Below are positions 17,102-26,237 of a stretch of DNA of 41,697 nucleotides, in pieces (the stretch's first letter is position 1; the number at the start of each line of letters is the position of its first letter). The notes under the pieces were generated by a model. It saw only the letters and a list, made by a program, of their open reading frames with translations, was not told the origin of the DNA and did not search any database. Position numbers and translations under genes: made by a program. The DNA is from a virus. Its lineage: Duplodnaviria > Caudoviricetes. The DNA lies in the IMG/VR virus record IMGVR_UViG_3300020171_000733, positions 1-41,697 of that record; one strand, given 5' to 3'.

Positions 17102-18504
17102 TATAATGATATTTTCTTGGTTATTTTTTTATAAATTGAATCTGCGATAGCATCTGAGTTTACCCCATAATTATCTCCATTGATTATAATAGTAGTTCCT
17201 TTTCCTCCGAAATCCTTCATGCCAATTATTGTATCTTGGGGGTCTGTCTCAATCAATTTCCCCTGTTTTGTTATTATAAAATCTCCCACCTTTTCTGCTT
17301 TGGATTCGGATAAGAATTTTGACGCTTTGGATAATAATCCCATCGGGGAATATTCATTTATCTTCTTCAAAACATTCCAGACTTTCTCGATTATGTCTAA
17401 GAACTTCTCTTTTATCCAATTATAAACATCTTTCAGTTTTCCCCACCAACTGACTATTATCTCTTTGAAGTTTTCCCATAATTGGCTTATCCATTCTGTG
17501 ATTTTGCCCCAATTAAGAATCAATGCGACTATTATTGCTATCAATGCTATTATTGCCAAGATTATTAATGTAATTGGGGCGAATACAATTGCCATGATCC
17601 CCCCGGCTGCATTCAGAACCATTATTGCACCTGCTATCATAAGTATCACTCCGAATAATACCAACAATCCAGCAACCAATAATCCAGCAATCGCAATTGT
17701 TTTCTTTTGACCATCGGTTAATCCATTAAACCAGTCGACTAATATCTGGAGTTTTTCTATAATTTTAAGAAAGATAGGTAAAACTGCTTCGCCTAATTCT
17801 TTTCTTAAACTGGCAAAACTATTTTGTAATTTTACTAAGGCTCCCTCTGATGTTTCTCCAGCGACTTTATTCATTCCCTCATATGTAGAATTAAGTATGT
17901 CTGTTAATGCTGTTATTCTTTCTGTCTCTGTTCCTGTTGATAATAATAGCTTTTGTTCTTCTGTTAGGACAAAACCGGTCCTGGTTAAACTTGCAAATTG
18001 TCCGTTTAATGCCTGTGCCAATCCATTTGCCAATGCAATGGCATCCCCGGTTGTAGCGCTTACTCCTTTTTCTGCAACTAGATAATCTAAAAATGCAGGT
18101 GTAAGGGCCCCAATCGATTCAGATTGCAGATCAAATGTGGCCAATTGCGCTTGAGCAGAAGTAATTACTTCTTCATTGATAACGCCGACTTTTTGCAAAG
18201 CACGAGCCTGATCAAATAATACTTCAATCTGTTCTTCTGATGCACCTCTTGAAGTTTTTAAGATATGGGCTAATTTGTTCTGTTGTGTTTCAAATTTGGC
18301 TGCTTCTTTGGCCATACTTCCAAATGCTAGAATTCCCGCTGTCCCTGTTGCAGTCATAATAGCCCCAGCGGCCATCATTTGTTTGCCTAAAGATTTGAAT
18401 GCATTTTCTGCAGACTTGGCTACATCGGAGAATTCATCTATTGCTTTGATAACTATCGCTACGACTGCTCCTCCTGCCGCTCCTGCTCCTAAATTTCCTA
18501 CCAT
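17101..18504 (-). CDS. Tail tape measure protein
   Basis: IKAIDEFS start, Ala/Gly helical region, TM segments, Trp repeats. Confidence 0.92.
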   Translation of the reverse strand: MVGNLGAGAAGGAVVAIVIKAIDEFSDVAKSAENAFKSLGKQMMAAGAIMTATGTAGILAFGSMAKEAAKFETQQNKLAHILKTSRGASEEQIEVLFDQARALQKVGVINEEVITSAQAQLATFDLQSESIGALTPAFLDYLVAEKGVSATTGDAIALANGLAQALNGQFASLTRTGFVLTEEQKLLLSTGTETERITALTDILNSTYEGMNKVAGETSEGALVKLQNSFASLRKELGEAVLPIFLKIIEKLQILVDWFNGLTDGQKKTIAIAGLLVAGLLVLFGVILMIAGAIMVLNAAGGIMAIVFAPITLIILAIIALIAIIVALILNWGKITEWISQLWENFKEIIVSWWGKLKDVYNWIKEKFLDIIEKVWNVLKKINEYSPMGLLSKASKFLSESKAEKVGDFIITKQGKLIETDPQDTIIGMKDFGGKGTTIIINGDNYGVNSDAIADSIYKKITKKISL

Positions 18505-18689
18505 TATCTTCTTTTAGACTTCCTTTCAGCCTTTTTTCTTTCTGAATCTAATTTCTTGAGATACAATTTTAACCCACTGAACTCTCTCAAAGTTAGATTT
18601 CGAACATCCTCAAGCTTCCATTTAAAATGATCGCATATGGCGAATTCATTAATCAAATAACTTGAGGCTTCGTAAAATCTTCGTTTAAA
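18504..18689 (-). CDS. -1 frameshifted extension (gpGT-like) of tail assembly chaperone
   Basis: Slippery T_TTA_AAC at 18683-18689 in frame; -1 frame ..AICDHFKWKLEDVRNLTLREF.. ends at TMP start. Confidence 0.75.
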   Translation of the reverse strand, partial: FKRRFYEASSYLINEFAICDHFKWKLEDVRNLTLREFSGLKLYLKKLDSERKKAERKSKRR

Positions 18690-18889
18690 CCATTCACTTC
18701 ATTGACTAGATTAGTCAATTTAATTCCATCTTTTACACCTAGGTCATTAAATTCATCTTCTGTCATTTCAGTAGACATTTTAATCATTTCTTTCAACATT
18801 GTCTTCTGATCTGTGGTGGTATTTCCGATTAAGTCCTTATATTTAAGTTCCTTAACAACGTACTTTTTTCCTTTTATTTCTATTTCCAT
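18653..18889 (-). CDS. Tail assembly chaperone (gpG-like)
   Basis: Between tail tube and TMP; GGAGGT SD. Confidence 0.8.
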   Translation of the reverse strand: MEIEIKGKKYVVKELKYKDLIGNTTTDQKTMLKEMIKMSTEMTEDEFNDLGVKDGIKLTNLVNEVNGLNEDFTKPQVI

Positions 18890-19031
18890 ATAACCTCCTT
18901 ATATTTTTTGTTATCTCATAAATTAACCATAAAAGAAATAAGACAAATGGAATAAAGAATCCTCTATTCCATTCAATCATAATTCCTAATAATGAAGTTA
19001 TCACTATGAGGCAAAATGTTTTCAATTTCAT
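18852..19031 (-). CDS. Possible small two-TM protein (59 aa)
   Basis: Translated by hand; TGATG coupling to the tail tube stop. Confidence 0.4.
   Translation of the reverse strand: MKLKTFCLIVITSLLGIMIEWNRGFFIPFVLFLLWLIYEITKNIRRLYGNRNKRKKVRC
18946..18973 (-). terminator. 12-bp hairpin followed by U-rich tract after tail tube gene
   Basis: AATGGAATAGAG-GATT-CTTTATTCCATT. Confidence 0.4.
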
Positions 19032-20023
19032 CAGTAAAGATCCCCCTCCTGATTATACTCAAGTACAGAGACGCTTCCTGCCTTTATTTCAAGTGATGTA
19101 GTGCTTACTCCTTCTGTCTCACTTGGAATATCCGCAGACATTATCCTGCATCCACTCAAAGTAATCACAGAATGCATTGATCCAATTGCTGCTAAAGCTC
19201 CTGGATTTGCGTTCATGTCTATAACTGCATTGAAAGATGTTCCGCTTTTATAATAGTTATTATATAAAGCGATATTCTCAGTTTGCAGATTTGCAGTAAT
19301 GCTTAAAGTGACATCTCTGTTTAAAGGAATCGGAATTCCTATAACACTTGAACCATTCAAATAATGCGGTCGTTCGAAGTTATTTGCAACTTCCAGACTC
19401 ATATCTGTAACGCTATCTAAAGTCGTTCCAGCCGGAATTTGAACTATTATGTCTTTCCACATATAGGTCCTAGATCCGTTGACTGTAACACTAGATGGTC
19501 CACTTACTGAATCTGTCATATTCTGCGCCAAATAAGAGACTTCTGCACTGACTAAATCACCTTGACTAGCTGAAACAGTCATTGTGTCAACCATACATCC
19601 TTGAGCAGTTCTTACAAAAGATCCTCCTTGAGTCATCTTTCCATCTTCTATCTGAAACGATATGAATGGGTTAAGTGTGCCGGATGTGTATGCATTTTGT
19701 CTTGCATCGTTGTTCACTGTTGCATATGCCCATGTATTGCTTGCTCCAGTTGTGAAAGTTGCACTCCCTAAAGCGTATCCCAACATTCTCATGTTTTGCG
19801 GGTAATAAGTAAGTGTTCCTTCAAAATCTTTAGCAGTGTCTTCAAACACAGATACTCCTCTATCGCTTGTTCCTAAGAATCTTTCCTCTTGAATGTTGAA
19901 ATTCTCAGAAATAGCATTTGAAGTTACCTTTCCTATCCAGACAGCAGTTCCACTAGCATTTCCATAAGTTCCGCTTTCTAATTTTAAAGCTACTCTGTTC
20001 TGTTCGTTAACATATCTTGCCAA
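19031..20023 (-). CDS. Tail tube (major tail) protein
   Basis: ESGTYG start, GCMVDTMTVS, EVANN motifs; position; GGAGGT SD with TTG start. Confidence 0.85.
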   Translation of the reverse strand: MARYVNEQNRVALKLESGTYGNASGTAVWIGKVTSNAISENFNIQEERFLGTSDRGVSVFEDTAKDFEGTLTYYPQNMRMLGYALGSATFTTGASNTWAYATVNNDARQNAYTSGTLNPFISFQIEDGKMTQGGSFVRTAQGCMVDTMTVSASQGDLVSAEVSYLAQNMTDSVSGPSSVTVNGSRTYMWKDIIVQIPAGTTLDSVTDMSLEVANNFERPHYLNGSSVIGIPIPLNRDVTLSITANLQTENIALYNNYYKSGTSFNAVIDMNANPGALAAIGSMHSVITLSGCRIMSADIPSETEGVSTTSLEIKAGSVSVLEYNQEGDLY

Positions 20024-20051
20024 ATTTTTCTACCTCCTTTATAATTGATTA

Positions 20052-20504
20052 TTAATTTAATACATACATATAACTGATATTTATGATTTTTGATTTGATT
20101 GAATTTTCTCCAGATAAATCCATGTTCATGACACTGTCTAATTTAAAATCATGCAAATCTGCATACGAACTTGTCCCACTAGTTCCTACAGGAAACTGGT
20201 TTGTTCTTAATACCTCGAATGTTCTGTCAAATAGTTTATCTCTTTCAGCAACACTTCTGGCCCATATTTTTATCTCTATTGGGATCTTCATCATGAAACT
20301 TTCAGACTGAAAACCTAGTTTATTTACGGCGGTTATGCCATTATCTTTGATTGTTATAAGTGGATAAGTTGATGTCCTAGATGGATAAGAAGTCATAATA
20401 AATTTATCCCCTGCTGGTCGAGTGACTGGATCTGGGACATTTCCAGAGAGAGCATTCTTTAGAAAGAATAACGTATCCCCGATTATGCTCCCTGCATTTA
20501 CAAT
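20052..20504 (-). CDS. Tail terminator/completion protein, probable ATT start
   Basis: YPLITI..IWARSVAERDKL; frame open upstream to ATT preceded by GTGAGGT. Confidence 0.7.
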   Translation of the reverse strand: MVNAGSIIGDTLFFLKNALSGNVPDPVTRPAGDKFIMTSYPSRTSTYPLITIKDNGITAVNKLGFQSESFMMKIPIEIKIWARSVAERDKLFDRTFEVLRTNQFPVGTSGTSSYADLHDFKLDSVMNMDLSGENSIKSKIINISYMYVLN

Positions 20505-20566
20505 TTTAACCTCACTTGGTAATACCAGACATCACTTTATCTGGTCAAGATAATAAATGAATTAAC

Positions 20567-20597
20567 TATTTAAATTTTAGATTTTCTGTATATACTA
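20567..20597 (-). promoter_or_regulatory. Late promoter motif
   Basis: tatttaaa-N11-ctgtatatact on + strand. Confidence 0.75.
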
Positions 20598-21041
20598 ATA
20601 TCTCATTATTTCATCAACAGCATTTTTGAGACTTCCCATTAGAGTATATTCAACCGCATCCTTGGTTCTTTCTTTTGTGCTAATTACGTGACTTCTTCCC
20701 ATTCCTGCCAATAATTTTATCACATCTACTGTGTTTAGATCTGAATCAATATATCCCACTTCTTTTGGCCCTATGATCATATAAGTGACTTTTCCTTCAT
20801 TTATTATTGGAAATACTGTTATACTATTCGCTAATGTTCCAGTCCTGACGCTTCGAGGGTTGGTTCGGTTTCCGACAATGTCTTCTTGTAATTCTGACAT
20901 GACTAATTGTCCTGCTTGAATCATGTATCTATCCCCTTCCATCGGAAGATAACTCAATTCTCTTAATTTATTTTGAACTTCCGTTACTCCTTTCATGGTT
21001 ATTTCAACTGTCCCACCTCTTGAAGAAATTGTTTTAACCAT
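20595..21041 (-). CDS. Neck/tail completion protein (HK97 gp10-like)
   Basis: VRTGTLANSI motif. Confidence 0.75.
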   Translation of the reverse strand: MVKTISSRGGTVEITMKGVTEVQNKLRELSYLPMEGDRYMIQAGQLVMSELQEDIVGNRTNPRSVRTGTLANSITVFPIINEGKVTYMIIGPKEVGYIDSDLNTVDVIKLLAGMGRSHVISTKERTKDAVEYTLMGSLKNAVDEIMRY

Positions 21042-21458
21042 TTATTCTCCGTATAAACTTCCTGCGGTTAAGGCTCGAATATATACTTTCTTAAATACAT
21101 CTTGCCCAGCCCATGTGGCTGAATCAACCCCCGGATAATTAATGTAATAATTCACACCAGTAGGAGACCCTAATTGAATTTTTACAGAAGTAGATCCTGT
21201 CTGAGTTGGAATGCTCCCTGATAAAAATAATTTCTTATCGCTTAATGCAATTTTTCCTTGCTCAAGTAAGACTGAATCCTCTGAACTGTCAGGTGATACC
21301 CCCATATATATTCCGCTTGTCCATAATGCGTTTCCACTTAAAGTTAAAGTAGTTTCATCATCCCATACGCTTCCGCAAACTATGTCATAATATTTTATAG
21401 AACATTTATTTCCTGCCACCTTGTGCAAGAATCCCAATCCATCAGAGATTAAGCTCAT
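21042..21458 (-). CDS. Head closure (stopper) protein
   Basis: Size, beta pattern and position. Confidence 0.6.
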   Translation of the reverse strand: MSLISDGLGFLHKVAGNKCSIKYYDIVCGSVWDDETTLTLSGNALWTSGIYMGVSPDSSEDSVLLEQGKIALSDKKLFLSGSIPTQTGSTSVKIQLGSPTGVNYYINYPGVDSATWAGQDVFKKVYIRALTAGSLYGE

Positions 21459-21823
21459 TCTAATACTTTATAAAACCCTCCAGCTTTTCCTAGGCGACGG
21501 AGATGTTCATTTCCTATCTTCTCCCAAGAATCTGATTGAGTTCCGTAATTTTTAGTAGCGCTTAGTCCTTCGATACTGCTCTGAACAATTCCGCCGTTCT
21601 GTATTTGCAATCTCATAGACAAATCAGACATACAAAAAGCTATTATAGCTGGTTGGTATCTTTCTAAAATTGCTAAACTTCCAATTGTTTCTCCTGTCCA
21701 GTTTTGCACTCTTAACATAGATTGATTGGCCATTTCGATTAATATTCCAGAAATAGAAGTGGGCACATTGTCCACACTATTCAAACAATGCGTAGCGATC
21801 GATCCTAAATTCATATTTGACAT
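21455..21823 (-). CDS. Head-tail adaptor protein
   Basis: Helical, VQNWTG, SSIEGLS; position. Confidence 0.65.
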   Translation of the reverse strand: MSNMNLGSIATHCLNSVDNVPTSISGILIEMANQSMLRVQNWTGETIGSLAILERYQPAIIAFCMSDLSMRLQIQNGGIVQSSIEGLSATKNYGTQSDSWEKIGNEHLRRLGKAGGFYKVLE

Positions 21824-21826
21824 TTT

Positions 21827-22516
21827 TTACCACCTCTGGGCAATCACATGACCTCCCCCTGCTGGAGTTGTGAATGGATAGGCTAAACCCGCACCATCAT
21901 TATATAATGTCCCTGCTCCAGTTCCGACTTCAGCATCACTTAGTTGTCTATCCCAAATAGCAATCTCATCCATCAAATATTCTGTACAGGCATTTACAGA
22001 TGTTCCTATTACTGAATTATAATTTCCTGTAAATGTAATAGTAAATGGAGAATTAAGGACTTGACTTCCATTAACATAAATTTTAAGATGGCCTGCCCCA
22101 TCATTGGAAATAGTAATATAATACCATGTGTTTGTGTTAAAAACACTTGATTTGGCAGTATTATATCCTGACTTATCTACAAATATTCTAAAATCAGCAG
22201 CAGTATAAAGTATTATTCTATATGTATTTGTGTTAAATGCTCCACTCCACTGCTGAAAGATTGTTCCATAATTAGTTGTATCAGCAGGAGTTCTGAACCA
22301 AAATCCGAGAGTATAGGCTGCTGATGGATCAAGCAGTCTTGCCCCATAGGTTATATAATCTGCAAGATTATTGAATCCATAAGATGTATTTATTTTTCCC
22401 GCAATATTTGTTGTTGCGCCATTATTCGTCCCATTATTCGCCCCAACTGCATCAATAACTGCTCCATTAACTTCATCCAGTTTATAGTAATGTGTTAAAT
22501 TATCAATCAAAGCCAT
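21827..22516 (-). CDS. LamG/concanavalin A-like virion protein
   Basis: HYYKLDE..NTWYYI..IYVNG..MDEIAIWDRQLSDAEV. Confidence 0.9.
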   Translation of the reverse strand: MALIDNLTHYYKLDEVNGAVIDAVGANNGTNNGATTNIAGKINTSYGFNNLADYITYGARLLDPSAAYTLGFWFRTPADTTNYGTIFQQWSGAFNTNTYRIILYTAADFRIFVDKSGYNTAKSSVFNTNTWYYITISNDGAGHLKIYVNGSQVLNSPFTITFTGNYNSVIGTSVNACTEYLMDEIAIWDRQLSDAEVGTGAGTLYNDGAGLAYPFTTPAGGGHVIAQRW

Positions 22517-22631
22517 GATCTCACCTCATCCAGTTTCCTGTCTACGAAACTACCATGTTCGAAAAAGAAATGCCATAGCTTACGCATCATTTTTTTTGCC
22601 ATCTTTATTTCCTCAAAGTTTTAATTTTAGT

Positions 22632-24239
22632 TTATACTCCACTTATGAGTAACATACCTAAAGCATTACATTGAAGTGGAATTATTGTAGAAGTTCCAGA
22701 TTGTAATCCGCACATTATCATATACATCGTTGCCTGACTGCCTATTGTGACATTAGAATAAGTGGTCTGACTGCCCAATATAAAAGTGCCTGAGGGAATG
22801 ACATAACCATAGTTCAATCCAGATACCCCGATCGTGTTTGTGACTATCACTGATCCTGCTTGAACTGTGACCCCTCCGCTGATTCCCCAAGGGGTTACAC
22901 TTTGTATTAAATCAATATATCCTGTCTGAGATCCCAATATAAACGTGCCTGAAGGGATTACAGATGTGTAATTATTCCCAGAGATTGCGACTGTGTTTGT
23001 CACTATAACCGATCCCGCAGATATGTTTGAGTAAAATGTTCCAGATGGTGAAACCGAAGTCCAGAACGTGCCAGTTGGGTTCGATGCCACATAGAATGTT
23101 CCTGAATGACCAACAGTAGCATAAAACGTTCCACTAGGCGATACATTGATATTATCAACATCTAAACTGATTGAACCTATCACAATCGGCTGAGCTACAT
23201 CTACATAAATAGTTTGAGAACCAAGTATGAATGTGCCACTTGGAGATACGCTTGAATAACCTGCTGTTACTATAACACTTCCAGCTTGTACATTGCTATA
23301 AAATGTTCCAGAAGGAATGACATAACCATAATTAAGTCCGCTCACCGACCATGGGATTGTCCCTTGATTCACTGCGCCTGATATTGGTAAGGCAACTCCA
23401 CCACTTGCTGCCACAGTAGAATAAAAAGTACCAGATGGTTCAACATGAAGATATTCTATGTCTATCGCTATGCTTCCTATTGTCAATATTCCTGAAACTG
23501 CCACCACATTGCTTACATTAGCATAGAAAGTTCCAGAAGGTATAACATATCCATAGTTCAATCCACTACATGCTACTGTATTTGTGACAATGACCGAACC
23601 AGCTGGGATATACATAGAACCTATTAAATCTCTCCCCTGTGTTACTATAACAGATCCTGCTGGTACATACATGCTTCCAACCATATCCCTGGATTGGGTT
23701 GTTATGACTGAACCAGCTTGTACATTTGCATAGAAAGTACCTGATGGGATAACTTTAGAATAATTCAAACCACTGACTCCCCAAGGATCAACATTCTGAA
23801 CTGCATTGACATAAGTGGTCTGACTTCCTAAAATAAATGTGCCCGATGGAATGACTTTAGAATAATTCAAACCTGAACATGCCCATGCTGTTCCGCTTTG
23901 TACAGCTAGAACTCCTCCGGATGTCTGAGCAATTAAAGTCTGATCAGCTCCGACTTTTCCATAAACTGCGTTAGGGGCAGTATTATCAGTTGAGAAGACT
24001 TTGACATTTCCTATTACAACCCCTGATACTTCCAATTCTGTATCTGTCATTAATTTTCCATCCTGAGTGAAATGGAAAGGGACTGCATCTAAATGAGAAT
24101 AAGCGAATCCCCCAGTAGTAAATACTCCTCCAGCTAATTGAAAGACTGGAGAACCTTCCATTGAAGGAACTCCTTCTTGCCCGAAAGATCTATACTTTCT
24201 ATCTGTAAGGGTCAATCCTGTGATATTGTTTGAATCCAT
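22632..24239 (-). CDS. Repeat-rich virion fiber protein (PSGTF/AGSVIVT/SGLNY/LGSQ repeats)
   Basis: Imperfect internal repeats; located between MCP and neck genes. Confidence 0.7.
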   Translation of the reverse strand: MDSNNITGLTLTDRKYRSFGQEGVPSMEGSPVFQLAGGVFTTGGFAYSHLDAVPFHFTQDGKLMTDTELEVSGVVIGNVKVFSTDNTAPNAVYGKVGADQTLIAQTSGGVLAVQSGTAWACSGLNYSKVIPSGTFILGSQTTYVNAVQNVDPWGVSGLNYSKVIPSGTFYANVQAGSVITTQSRDMVGSMYVPAGSVIVTQGRDLIGSMYIPAGSVIVTNTVACSGLNYGYVIPSGTFYANVSNVVAVSGILTIGSIAIDIEYLHVEPSGTFYSTVAASGGVALPISGAVNQGTIPWSVSGLNYGYVIPSGTFYSNVQAGSVIVTAGYSSVSPSGTFILGSQTIYVDVAQPIVIGSISLDVDNINVSPSGTFYATVGHSGTFYVASNPTGTFWTSVSPSGTFYSNISAGSVIVTNTVAISGNNYTSVIPSGTFILGSQTGYIDLIQSVTPWGISGGVTVQAGSVIVTNTIGVSGLNYGYVIPSGTFILGSQTTYSNVTIGSQATMYMIMCGLQSGTSTIIPLQCNALGMLLISGV

Positions 24240-24298
24240 GTGTGACTATATCCTCCTTTTTTTCTTGTTGAAGTAGGCGAACAGAGGAGACCGCACTA

Positions 24299-24535
24299 CT
24301 ATGTAAACGTTCTGCTTCCTAACTGAACCCAGATCTGGTCATTCGGTGTCTTGCCCATGTAGAGCTTCTTGGCCGAATTGTCATATGCGATCTGACTTCC
24401 AACATTCACTACAAGAAGTCCAGAAGGATTTCCTATGACATATACGATTTTATCGGCTGTGTCAGAGTTCATTCTAACTAAACTACTAGGTGCTGTTGTT
24501 TGCAGCAAGCTTCCTGGTGATACTGTGTCTCCCAT
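24299..24535 (-). CDS. Small virion/head-associated protein
   Basis: GNPSG..VGSQIAYD..LYM..WVQ motif seen in fiber adaptors; follows MCP. Confidence 0.55.
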   Translation of the reverse strand: MGDTVSPGSLLQTTAPSSLVRMNSDTADKIVYVIGNPSGLLVVNVGSQIAYDNSAKKLYMGKTPNDQIWVQLGSRTFT

Positions 24536-24643
24536 TTTTGTGTTGTGATTTTTAGGTCTTGTCTGACCGCAACCTTTTAATTAAAAAAGGTAAAAATAAG
24601 TATTTACTACAGTGATTGCCAACTGTCTAGCCATCTGAAATAA

Positions 24644-25510
24644 CTAAGAAGTCGTTATTAAACAGATCGCCTGTGTTCTCAGCGACTGGACAACTATTCT
24701 CTGTGTTATTGCAACTGCACTCATATCATAAAGTGGTAAATCAAAATTCTCGATTGTGATTCCCCTTTTCTCTGCCATCATGTAGGCAAAGTTTCTATCT
24801 ATGACATATGCATATTTGGCATAAGTGCTTGAAGGTGCGGCATTAGTTGAGAATCTATGAACTTTCATTCCATAGATTGATCCTTTGAGTGTTCCTGTAT
24901 CCATTACACTGGAATTTCCAGCTTTTTGGACCTCAACAAAAACATCCATGTTCCTCAAGTCCTGATAAAATTCATTTCCAACAATTATATCAGTAGCATT
25001 GTAATCATTGTTTTCAAGGATTAAAATAGCTGCTGTGATATTTGCCAAAGTTGCTGCTGCTCCACCTGTTACGTCTGAAGGGCTGTCATCTAAAGCGTCT
25101 TGGATGATTAGCTTTGTTTCATTCTCTGCGAATCTTCTACCGACAATCTTGAGATTGTGGTCAAGCAGATTAAACATAGAATCTTCCATTAGTTCTTTAG
25201 TTATTCTGATAGCTGCTCCATACTTTACTGGCTTAAGATTTTGTGAAGTGAAGTCAGTTTCCGTCATAGGAATCTCTGCTCCTTCTCCAACTAATCTTAC
25301 TGTTCCAGTATTAGGTGTTTGCAAATTAACATCAATTGAGCTGCCTGGTATCTGTGCTGGACCGAAGTATAAGGCACAAAGTTCTCTTGGAAGAAGAGCC
25401 TTTTCAGTCTCTTCTATGAGTGTCTCATAAATCTTCTTAGGGATTAAGAGACTTCCTTCTGTTCCTTTACCTGTGTTCAACAGTTCTTGTATGTATTGAT
25501 ATTCTACCAT
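24644..25510 (-). CDS. Major capsid protein (HK97 fold)
   Basis: GSLLIPK..VGEGAEIP..KYGAAIRITKELMEDS..IYGMKV. Confidence 0.95.
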   Translation of the reverse strand: MVEYQYIQELLNTGKGTEGSLLIPKKIYETLIEETEKALLPRELCALYFGPAQIPGSSIDVNLQTPNTGTVRLVGEGAEIPMTETDFTSQNLKPVKYGAAIRITKELMEDSMFNLLDHNLKIVGRRFAENETKLIIQDALDDSPSDVTGGAAATLANITAAILILENNDYNATDIIVGNEFYQDLRNMDVFVEVQKAGNSSVMDTGTLKGSIYGMKVHRFSTNAAPSSTYAKYAYVIDRNFAYMMAEKRGITIENFDLPLYDMSAVAITQRIVVQSLRTQAICLITTS

Positions 25511-25512
25511 TT

Positions 25513-25944
25513 TTAAGCTGCTATCTTTACAAGAGCGTAGCTTTCAGAACCTCCACTTGTTAGTGCTCTTCCGATTTTGTAAAATACTGAACCAAGTGCA
25601 TTCTGTTGAATGCAATTTGTGCTTAGTATTTCTACTCCAAATCCTGCCGTAACAGTATTTGAGCATTCAAGTATGAATGTGCCTTCGAGTGCTAATGTGA
25701 CTGGTGTTCCAGATGCTGCATTATGTAATGCGACTCCTGTGAACTGTCCTCCACTTGCTCCCAAGGTAGCTACTAAATCAGAAGCGACATAACTATTGGC
25801 TCCCGAACTTACTACGTCTAAACCTCCAGATATCCAACATAAGTTTCCGCCTGAGATTGCCGATCCTGCGTAAGCTGTTATTGTCTTTGGGGCTACTCCG
25901 TCCCAAATCATCACTGCTCCTGCTGGATTTCCGTCATTTCCCAT
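25513..25944 (-). CDS. Capsid decoration/cement protein
   Basis: FTGVALHNAASG..EGTF..IGRAL; between protease and MCP. Confidence 0.75.
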   Translation of the reverse strand: MGNDGNPAGAVMIWDGVAPKTITAYAGSAISGGNLCWISGGLDVVSSGANSYVASDLVATLGASGGQFTGVALHNAASGTPVTLALEGTFILECSNTVTAGFGVEILSTNCIQQNALGSVFYKIGRALTSGGSESYALVKIAA

Positions 25945-26237
25945 TATTTATATAGTGCGAAACCTTTTGCTGACTTTTCAAGTATGAATCCATCCTTAAC
26001 TTCTTCCTTAACTTCTGCTTTCTCGTGTGTGACCACTTTGACAGATTTAAGTTGTTCCATTAAGCTTTTGATGACTTCATCTGAAAAGTTAGATACATCA
26101 AGTGATTGGACAGATTTCTCATTACAAAGCTTTTTATAGCTTTCAATTAGATTCTGTCTCTTCTCTGCTTCATATACCTTGACTTTCTCTTGAAGTTCTG
26201 CAATAACCTTAGAGTTGTCCTCTAAAGTTTGTTCCAT
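25944..26237 (-). CDS. Nested in-frame scaffold protein (97 aa)
   Basis: Internal AGGAGG SD before ATG (KGGK-MEQ); acidic coiled coil. Confidence 0.6.
   Translation of the reverse strand: MEQTLEDNSKVIAELQEKVKVYEAEKRQNLIESYKKLCNEKSVQSLDVSNFSDEVIKSLMEQLKSVKVVTHEKAEVKEEVKDGFILEKSAKGFALYK

Noticed and set aside
22632-24239. CRISPR array or DGR template/variable repeat
   Set aside because: Repeats are in-frame protein repeats with synonymous divergence; there is no spacer pattern, reverse transcriptase or adenine-specific variation.
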